From contig OX597816.1 of the NCBI GenBank assembly GCA_951406725.2, positions 84,382,001 through 84,446,000 on the forward strand: a stretch of DNA of 64,000 nucleotides, given 5' to 3'. Below, one piece after another: positions 54,459-64,000 of the stretch (position 1 is its first letter; the number at the start of each line of letters is the position of its first letter). The notes beneath the pieces are model-generated. The model saw only the letters and a program-made list of their open reading frames with translations, did not search any database and had not been told where the DNA came from. A program made the translations under genes and the position numbers. Origin of the DNA: Octopus vulgaris (lineage: Eukaryota).

Positions 54459-56837
54459 CTCCATGCAATATATTAAAACGTTCCTACATATTTCTTTATT
54501 ACGTTTCCCTATGTCCATCCCTTTCCCTCTTTTGTTTATTCCTACTGTTTCTTTGTATGAATTTTGTTACGCTTCTTATAGCTATTGTAGTAATCGTTGT
54601 TTGCTTTACACAGTAGCATGTCTTTGTCCAGCCTTCCATTTTTAAATCCCCTTCACCATTGTCCATTCTTGTTAAATATTTGCTTGACGATGTTCCTTCC
54701 CGCCATTAACATTATGATTGTCAAGAATTGAATACAAAAATACAAATTAAAAAAAATAACAGGCAAGTAATAAACGAACTTAATATAGAAAACAACAATA
54801 TCATTATCATTTCTAGTATGATGATGATGATGATGATGATAATGAAGAATAAGAAAAGGAAGAAGAAAAGAAGAAAAAGAAGATGATTTTTTTATTTACC
54901 ACAAGTGCGCAAGTGTCGACAAAATAATAAGCATGATCGGCGTCGTTGTTGTCGTCTTTATTATTTACCATGATCATCATCATCATCATCACCTTCAGCA
55001 GCAATGGTATCAATACCCCAAACCCAACTTCATCAACATCGTCATCATCGTCATTATCATCAACGTCGTCGTCGTCGTTATCATCATCATCATCATCATC
55101 ATTATTATTATCTTCAACATCATCATCATCACCATCCTTATCTTTATAACAGCTGCCGTTAAACAATTTTGTTGTCCTTTGTCTCTCTACGTTTTTTTTC
55201 TTTGATTTAGTAGTGAATAGTTCAACTTTTCGTGGTGTTTAATTTGGTAAATTTATATTAGCCCAGTTGAAATTTGAGATGGTATAATGCGTGTCACTCA
55301 CTCACGGTCGAAGTCCTAGATTGATTGATTGATTGATTCATTCATTCATTCATTCATTGATTGATTCATTCATTCATTCATCTTCCTGTATGTCTTATTC
55401 TCCCTCATTCTCAAGTTATGTTCTGCTTCTTCATCTGCATAGACACATAGCCACCATATCACCTCCCTTAGTTTCACTGTTTCCCCTTACGGCTTGCTGA
55501 CTATTACCTCTGTTATTACGTATTCCTTTTTTGTTTATACTTTGTTTGTATTGACCTCAATGCCTCAAACATACCATTTCGCTTGTTCTACATGTAACAA
55601 TATTTTCATCATTTTTTTAATTCCGCCGAGGTCGAATTTGCCTTTCATCCTTTCGGGGGTCGATAAATTAAGGACCAGTTACGTAATGGAGTCGATCTAA
55701 TCGACTGGCCCCCTCCCCAAAAATTTCGGGCCTTCTGCCTAATGTAGAAAAGAATATTTTCAGCAGTTTTTTACATTCTTTTCGTTATAAGATATATTTT
55801 GACAATTGCGCGGGTATGATCATACGGTCAAAAAGTTCGCTTCGAAACTCTTGGTTCCCGGTTTGATCAGACATCTCGTCTCCTTGGAAGAGAATTTGCT
55901 AACACCAACCCGGGTTAATCTATTCATATGCCTAAAACGTGGCTCGGGAAATTGTGCAGAAACTCATTGCATCCACATACAGGGGATAGAGTATAACTTT
56001 AAATACAGTGAGATCATTTTGTCTTACACTGTTCACGCTGATTTCACCTTCGTACCACGCGAAGGTTACATGTGTCTGTGGAATATTTAGTTACACATAA
56101 ATCGAGAATGTAGCTCATATGAACTGAGTGCCCATTGGCTGTGGTGTAATGCAGATTGGTCGAGGTATGATGCAGAAACCGTAACAACAATGTGTATAGA
56201 TGTAATGGGTAAAGAGTCAGAAAACCAGTGTATTTCTGGAAGAGAGGATGTTGCGTGAGTATTAATCGAAAGTTGTTTGTGTGGATGCTTCTGTGCGTTT
56301 TTCTAAGGCGCATATGAGTAGGGGTGTATACACGCACATGAGCGTATATATGAGTATATATATCTTCAGCATTTATTATTTAAGAAAAGTGTTTTGGCTT
56401 TTAATGTGGACTGTGATTGAGCTCTTTGGTGTATCCGGGTTACATTTAATATAAACGTTAGGCATTTAAGGAGTCTCTCGTAAGAAATTAATGTGGGGAT
56501 TCATATAATATATACGTGCATATGGACATCATATTCTATATATGATAACTATTAATGTGTGTGCAGATATGTGTGCGCAAAATATTTTGGCTGTTATTTA
56601 CCAGATAAATCTATGATGAGAAATCGACCTGCTTTAGCCCTACAACCTTTTTGTACGTTGTAGGCAACATTAGCCAATATATCTTTCTCCTTTTAAACAA
56701 ATGGTGTATGATCTAAGGGAGCATTGATTGCTATTTCCTATAGGTCGAACGACTACGTAAGCACGACGAACTTCTAGCAAAATATACGTATTTGTTGTAT
56801 GTGTGTGTGAGAGAAAGGGGGAGAGTGTGTGTGTGAG

Positions 56838-56905
<68 letters not shown>

Positions 56906-58114
56906 TGCGTGTGCGCATGCGTGCGTGTGTAAATATGCGTTTGCTTCGTTGAAGTACAGCTGTTCTGTAACGCATATCTGGTTGAATAGTCGACTGGATG
57001 CTGGAAATATTTCATACACTTCGTCAGTTTTGCTAAGTGTACTAGGCGTATAATTAGCGAGTCTCGACTCTATTTATCTCATTCAAGTGTGATAAACAGA
57101 GTCAAACATCAAATGCCTGGATATTTTCAGCTCGAATGTTCATACTAAGCGATATCCATCAATGGTCAATTAACACTAATGGCGTCGTGGAGGAGGCGGT
57201 TAGAGTTGGAAAGATGTTGATGAGTAAAACAAAATACCTGTAGGTCACGTGTTCTTTTTTCTTTTTTAACAAATATTAGTGATTTCAATGAAGCAACAAC
57301 GGTTCCATCTTCTATCTCCAATATAAATGGTAACGAGATGCTAGTGACTTTCTTTGTTTCGGAGTGCTCTAACATATATAAGAAAGGCAACACTATTCAA
57401 AATGATTAATTAGTGCTACTCTATTTCACAGACATTTCGTTACAATAATAAAAATTAAAAACAAACACATTCACATTCGTGCGAAATACGTGCACGCGTG
57501 CACAGAATCGTATATATTCCTATATTCTTATATGTATGTGTGTGCGTAAGTATGTGTAGATCGTTAGTCGTCACTCGCAAGCGATTATGAGTGATTAACA
57601 TGTACCGTAGTTTCTTTATTTGCTTTATGCGTATGTAGTTGTGAGCAGACATAGACACCCACTCGACCTTTTTTCCGTTAACCAGCGAAATGCCGAAATT
57701 ATGAATGAGAGGTGAGGCCGAGAACGGTCTGAATTAGCACTAGGGAGGTATATGCTTTTTTCCAGCCGAGGGGACTGGAGCAACATAAGAGAAAGTAAAT
57801 TGCTTAAGACCACAACCACCTCTCGGTCCACAAATCATACCTTCATGATTTTCAACACAATAACCTAATCAGTAGGCTACACATTTTAACACTACAAAAA
57901 TACACACACAAACACATACACATCACTCACAAACAAGTGAATTCATACATACTTACATACATTCATACATACATGCATACATACATACGTACATACATAC
58001 ATACATACATACATACATACATACATACATACATACATACATACATACATACATACATACGTATATACATACTTTCATGGGTATAAGTAAGTATCTCATT
58101 TACTTCTTTGCCAC

Positions 58115-58173
58115 ATGTATCACTGACGAAGGGAGGATTCTTTTTGAACTAACCCTGAAATCGGTCCGATATG
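58115..58173 (+). ncRNA. Type I hammerhead motif
   Basis: UGUAUCA-CUGACGA-AGGG...CCCU-GAAA-UCGG-UC-CGAUAUG; GUC triplet; A-C mismatch at the first pair of stem I. Confidence 0.7.
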
Positions 58174-58605
58174 GTAATAATGGAATTTTTTAGAGATTTC
58201 TGTCGACCTTTTTTCGAGTAGCGTGCGTACTGAGAAAAAACTTATATGGTAAATGGACAATATGTTCAATTTTCGGCATATTTGGCATTAGAAATTTTTT
58301 CGTTTGCTTTTATTTATAAGTTGTTTATAATTTAACCTTTAAAGGTATTTTTCGAAAAAATTTTATCCCACATTAGATATACATACATATATACACACAA
58401 ACATATATACATATTTATTTATATATATATAATTATAAATTCTTTTGAATATCATAGAAAGCATGGAAGTGCTCAAGTCAAACCAGGAACGCTAGATAAA
58501 TTTAGGAGATACGAGGAAGAAGTTTACCTCAAGCAGACTACGATTGGTGTATACATATACGGATTTGATAAAAGGAATAGTCTAAAACATATATTAATAC
58601 ATTCA

Positions 58606-58660
<55 letters not shown>

Positions 58661-58665
<5 letters not shown>

Positions 58666-58766
58666 ATTTAGGGATGGTCATCTTGCCAGTTTAGCCAATA
58701 AAAACACACGCACTATATATTATATATTATTGGCTAAACAGGCAACATGTCCATCCTAAATACAAC
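58661..58766. repeat. About 40-bp inverted repeat abutting (TA)n
   Basis: Arms 58661-58701 and 58727-58766 with a few mismatches. Confidence 0.75.
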
Positions 58767-58829
58767 GATATCTGTTTCAACACACGATTTCACATCAAGA
58801 ATCTTGTAAAACGAATATATAAACGTTAC

Positions 58830-58864
<35 letters not shown>

Positions 58865-58893
58865 ATTACATATATACATATATACGTACATAT

Positions 58894-58945
<52 letters not shown>

Positions 58946-59260
58946 CTACGTATATGCACAGCTCTGATGACAACAGACAGAGTCAACGACTATTGAAAAG
59001 ATTGGAAGACGCAAAAGAGAATGACTCTCCACAAATACAATAATGCATATATGTGTATGTATACACACGTGCATGCGCACCCACACACACAAACATAAAC
59101 ACACTAACACAACCACACACGCACACAAATAGATTAATGTGTGTAAATATACATTTTGACATCCCCGCATTCATAAAATCAAAAACTCAAATACATATAC
59201 ACCGATAAATATGAATCTATGTATAATATAGTGTAGTACAGTATAAACATATATATATAT

Positions 59261-59925
59261 ATTAATCAATATAAGGGTAGCAAAAAATTCAATAGAAATT
59301 ATTTCGCCACCAGCGGTCTAGTGAGAAAGAAAAAATAGTCAATAGACTATATAATGTACATTCAACAATAATATTAAAGAATGGCCTTAATAGACCATTC
59401 AACTCACTAAAACGAGCAGCTAAACTCAAACCGCTAAATAGTAGTAATTCGGAAATCAAAGGAAAATTAAAAACATTTACCCTAATCATCTTTGGACTAT
59501 GCATGGTTTCGACGTACTTTTAGGTAAACCATCCTAATTAAATTAAATTTAATTTAAGCAAGACAATTTACCACTGGCCCGTCTCATCGGCAAAGAAGCT
59601 AGGAGGAATAAATATTCCACGAGGCAACAGCATCGATGCCTTGGGAATATATACTCTAAATTTTCAAATCTACCACCATCGCGCCAACTTATCAGCAGCA
59701 AATATAAACTGCTGATTTAATTTCAGAATTAGCCAAAAAATCATTAATTAATCAATATAAGGGTAGCAAAAAATTCAATAGAAATTTTTTGGCCACCAGC
59801 GGTCTAGTGAGAAAGAAAAAATAGTCAATAGACTATATAATGTACATTCAACAATAATATTAAGGAATGGCCTTAATAGGCCATTCAACTCACTAAAACG
59901 AGCAGCTAAACTCAAACCGCTAAAT
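59261..59925 (-). mobile_element. Partial tandem (486-bp unit) HHR-bearing non-coding element, retrozyme/pLTR-like
   Basis: 179-bp direct repeats at 59261-59439 and 59747-59925 with an HHR between them; AT-microsatellite flanks. Confidence 0.75.
59489..59596 (-). ncRNA. Type I hammerhead motif (U4C variant, extended stem II)
   Basis: UCUUUG-CCGAUGA-GACG...CGUC-GAAA-CCAUGCAUAG-UC-CAAAGA; GUC triplet; 6-bp stem I. Confidence 0.75.
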
Positions 59926-59980
59926 TTTTATATATATTATTATATTATTATTATATATTATTATATTATTATATATATAT

Positions 59981-60489
59981 TTCTTTTCTTTATCCCCGTC
60001 TGTCAATAGGTTGCGCCAAGGGTGGGGCCTACTTTGATGATGTGCAGCGTCTGCTGTGACTGAACAGTCCAATTCTAGAGTGGCAGTCCTTGGTACAGTT
60101 GCTGCACACGAACATCGATGGGTACGTGTGGGGTGTTGCTGCAGTTGTCCTCCTCCTGTCCCGCCTGTCCAACCGCAGCTGTGCTCTCCTCTCCTCAGCC
60201 ATCGAAACGCCTTTCCTCACCGTCCGACACCAGGCAGAGCGGTCAGCAGCTGTTTCCTCCCACGTGTCCACACCGAGTACCAAACGGAGTCATCCTGGAA
60301 CAGACTAATATGCCAAGCATGTATGCCCTCCTCGTGCGGAGACGACTGCGCTGGCTCGGACACGTCTGCCGCATGCAGGACGGTCGCATGCCTAAAGACA
60401 TCCTGTACAGCGAACTCACCACGGGATCCCGACCCAAGGGACGTCCACAGCTACGATACAGGGACGTGTGCATGCGCGACCTGAGGAGG

Positions 60490-60490
<1 letters not shown>
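59981..60490 (-). mobile_element. RTE-clade LINE 3' end with inverted 5' segment
   Basis: Minus: WEETAADRSAW...CSNCTKDCHSRIGLFSHSRRC. Plus 60274-60490: RVPN.VILEQ...RRLRWLGHVCRMQDGRMPKDILYSEL..GSRPKGRPQLRYRD. Confidence 0.9.
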
Positions 60491-60524
<34 letters not shown>

Positions 60525-60769
60525 GTTTGTTTACAGAACGACACTACGAACTAAATATAGTTCTTAAATCTGACGGAAAGCAGTTGTTGTTCGTGGTGTA
60601 AATGGTAGCACCCTTGTCGCAAAAGCAAAGAGGTGTGGGCTTGAGTCACACACATACAGGAAAACCTACATTTTCTTTTCGGCCGAGGCCTTAAATGCCT
60701 CATTATTAGTCTATTTTCTTTAATCATTGCGTGGTGATCGCTTATAAGCTTTAAAGTTATAAAATATTA

Positions 60770-61182
60770 TTATTATTATTTAAAATACTTCAGCTTGAAA
60801 GCTACGGTCACGCTGGGGTACCATCGTTGACTGAGCTACACCATTATTTAAAACCTCCTCTGATATGTTTCCTTTGGTCAATGAGAGAGTTTAATGCCGC
60901 CGCCCTCATCTGTGTTTCTTGTTCCTCTGGAACCCTTGACAAGAAGAGATCCGGTTTTGTTTCAAAGACACATCCACGCCATGCAGATCTCTCAGGCATT
61001 TTGGAAGGATATTGAAGAGCTGTGGACCCTTGAAGCTGAAGATGTTCCAGTATCTGGTCCTCTATTTTGGTGGCGATGCTGGTAACTTTGGTACCATGCA
61101 GTGGCGCCCCGTTCTCTAGTTCGAATAACTTTCAATGTCAAAGTTTGGTACAAGGCCTTCTAGGATTTTCCAGATGAATATC
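60770..61182 (-). mobile_element. CR1/L2-group LINE 3' end (related to 4790-5262)
   Basis: Shared nucleotide blocks (GGATATTGAAGAGCTGTGG, CCATGCAGTGGCGCC, TTCCAGATG) and the same 3' tail. Confidence 0.8.
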
Positions 61183-61470
61183 ACACACGCACACACACAC
61201 ATACACACACACAATCATACATACACACATGCATGTTTCTATTGCATGGTTTCGACATACGTCTGATATGAAGATTTCAACTCACTCTTGAAGGAGACTT
61301 GATCTAGTTCCACACAAAATTTCGCCCGAGATTTTCTGAACATCAAAGTAATAAGATTTGACTACTTGTATATTGTAACCATAAAATTATTTCACTCAAT
61401 TTCCATCTATTAGGGGCGCCTTCTTTCCTTTTACGAAACTTTTTTTCAAACATGTATGTATGTATGTATG

Positions 61471-61544
<74 letters not shown>

Positions 61545-62157
61545 ACAGTGTATCATTCACCCTATAATTATGTGTGTGTGAGGGTGTGTGTGTATGTGTG
61601 CGTGTGTGTAAGTGTGCCTTTGTGTAGATACATATATATGAATATATGTATATGTATACGTAATGCTCAAATGAAATTTCCCAGCGATACCACAAAGCTT
61701 TCAAGTGTAAAGTATTTGAAAACAACTCGATTAACTCGGCAGAAACAATTTAGTGTAGAGCATTGATATCAATACTTTAAACTAGATATTTTCTGGCTTG
61801 TTCATCGAGTTATTTCTGAGTCCCTTACACATCAACTACTTCCTGTTATCCTGAGAAATTATATTTCAGCATTATATGTACGTATATACATACATACATA
61901 CATATATATATGAGTGTGTGTATGTGTGTGTATGTGTGTGTATATATGTGTATGTATACATACATATGCATATATGTGTGTATGTACATATATATACATA
62001 CATATATATGCATATATACATACATACACAAACACGCACACGTGTATATATATATACTGTATATGTATATGTGTGTGTGTACTGATATGTCTATATATAT
62101 ATATATATATATATATACCTATATATATATGTATACATATATGGGTATGTAAGTATA

Positions 62158-62188
<31 letters not shown>

Positions 62189-62982
62189 TAATACTGGGAG
62201 CTATATATGAAGGACTTATATTCTCGTTTCAGAGATTATGAGGGCAGTGGAATATTTGAGTGCGAAAGAGATAGTATACTAATATTTAATTTCGAATATC
62301 TATGTTCGAATGCTTTCTTTTGCTTAAATGATATATACGATTTATGGATTGAGTAAAACACGCCTTGAAATTATTTGAAAAGAACACAAGTTCGGGGAGC
62401 AGTTGCTAACGCAGAATGCGAAGAAAATAGTATGTTGGAAACTATTGAAAAAGCTTGTATTTCCTTGCAGAAATTAACCCAATTTCAAGGAAATGTACAT
62501 GAGGTCTTACCAAAACACGCCGAAGAGCTTAGCGGAGTTAAAGAGCTAATGCCAATACAGTGTATCTTATTTGTAGGGATTTATGGACAAAAATGAGTAG
62601 GTAACATGTTTGCACACAGAGGGATAATGGAATCTCTCGTCGTCCACATTTCCTGAAAGACCTGTACAAAGTGATTTTGTTTCCAGTAATCAAATATATG
62701 TTGTGTACATTAGTTCACTCCCACCATCAAATCGACATTGCCTGTACAGATGCATTAATGTGTCATACATCAGATGTCAAGATGATAGTAGAGCAACGGG
62801 AGATAAAATACTTTGCACAAGAAGACAGTACGTTGCAGCGTCCAGGTATCGAAACTACTGTCTCGCGATCGTAAGTGCTGTACCCTAGTCAATACGCTAC
62901 GCACCTACACACTCATACATACATGTGAATGTGTATGCATGCGCATGTGTGTGGGTGTCAATACTAGATATGTAATTACATA

Positions 62983-63041
<59 letters not shown>

Positions 63042-63277
63042 ATAATTATTATTTAAATTATAATTTAGGGTATCTAAGGGATACCACCACGCTAGAAATA
63101 GCAGCCAAAACTTGACTCTAAAACTACATTAAATGTTTATACAGCACCAGAAGAGAAGACAAAGAGACAAAATAAACTAACAATAAATTACTGGATAATT
63201 CCAGATCCCGGAATTCTGGCTCTGCATAAGAAATGTTTTGCCTCATCAGTTGAATGTACACAGATAGCACATAAATA

Positions 63278-63329
<52 letters not shown>

Positions 63330-63445
63330 CATACAAATATTTACCTATACGAACGTATACATACATATAAATGCACGTATGCACACGACCAGTTTAAACT
63401 GCCCGCCTAAAACTCCTTGTGCGATATGGTCAAACATATCACCAG

Positions 63446-63510
<65 letters not shown>

Positions 63511-63825
63511 AGGATAATTTTATAACTTCGTTAATTTCGTTAAACCGAAAAGTAAATTCGTTAAACTGAAGAACAAAATTAAATATAGGACTGCAGCTGG
63601 AAGTGGTCAGGTGACACCAAAGCGAAAGGATAAATAAATTGAAAGGTATAATGAATAAACACTCCAATTGGTTAAAACAACTTTATAGCATTCACAAATA
63701 ATCGAAAATCGAATATAAATATGTCTTAACACATAGGGCACCCAATGGTAACACCCAACTATATAAAATATACACATATACACAATAAAAGTTGATAACC
63801 TGAAATGTGAAGCCTTCGTAAGTTT

Positions 63826-63915
63826 TCTCCTGATGAAAGGGTGTTGCCCGAGGATTTCCTTAATGAATTATACATTAACGATGTGAAGTAACATCTTTTG
63901 ACACTATCGTAGAGA
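63826..63915 (+). ncRNA. Decayed type I hammerhead motif (GAAA mutated to GACA)
   Basis: UCUC-CUGAUGA-AAGGGUGUUGC...GUAACAUCUUU-U-GACA-CUAUCG-UA-GAGA; 11-bp stem II. Confidence 0.55.
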
Positions 63916-64000
63916 TGGGCTTGAATGGACTATATTCTGGTTACCTTACACTTTATTTTTTGTATTTATACTCTTGTATTTTTATATATTTATATTATTA

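Noticed and set aside
54813-55205. Asp-rich and Ser-rich ORFs
   Set aside because: Degenerate (TCA)n/(TGA)n microsatellite
60586-60655. tRNA-like sequence (TGGTGTAAATGGTAGCAC...GGGCTTGAGTC)
   Set aside because: No acceptor stem or proper T-arm; at most a decayed tRNA-derived repeat head. The same applies to 46560-46632 (-)

Overview
Eukaryotic, AT-rich, microsatellite-saturated non-coding DNA with (TA)n, (CA)n, (TCTA)n, (TACA)n and (TAA)n tracts. The SINE repertoire is the kind I associate with octopod (coleoid cephalopod) genomes; that assignment is from recall, not a search. Nearly all supplied ORFs are microsatellite translation artefacts. Recognisable content is transposon debris: a Tx1/L1 3' end inside (TCTA)n, two R4/Dong-type RLE 3' ends (one inside (TAA)n), two CR1/L2-group 3' ends, a 5'-inverted RTE, mariner remnants, a non-autonomous Helitron, three Penelope GIY-YIG remnants and many tRNA-derived SINEs. 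The most striking unannotated signal is about a dozen type I hammerhead ribozyme (HHR) motifs from roughly nine unrelated sequence families. They have palindromic stem III, often a greatly enlarged stem II and recurrent core variants. They sit in short (TA)n-embedded non-coding elements arranged as long inverted repeats or as a partial tandem (retrozyme-like) repeat. A weak minus-strand host gene candidate (signal-peptide-like exon at 12562-12739) is also noted. All folds and boundaries were read by eye, and element ends are approximate.
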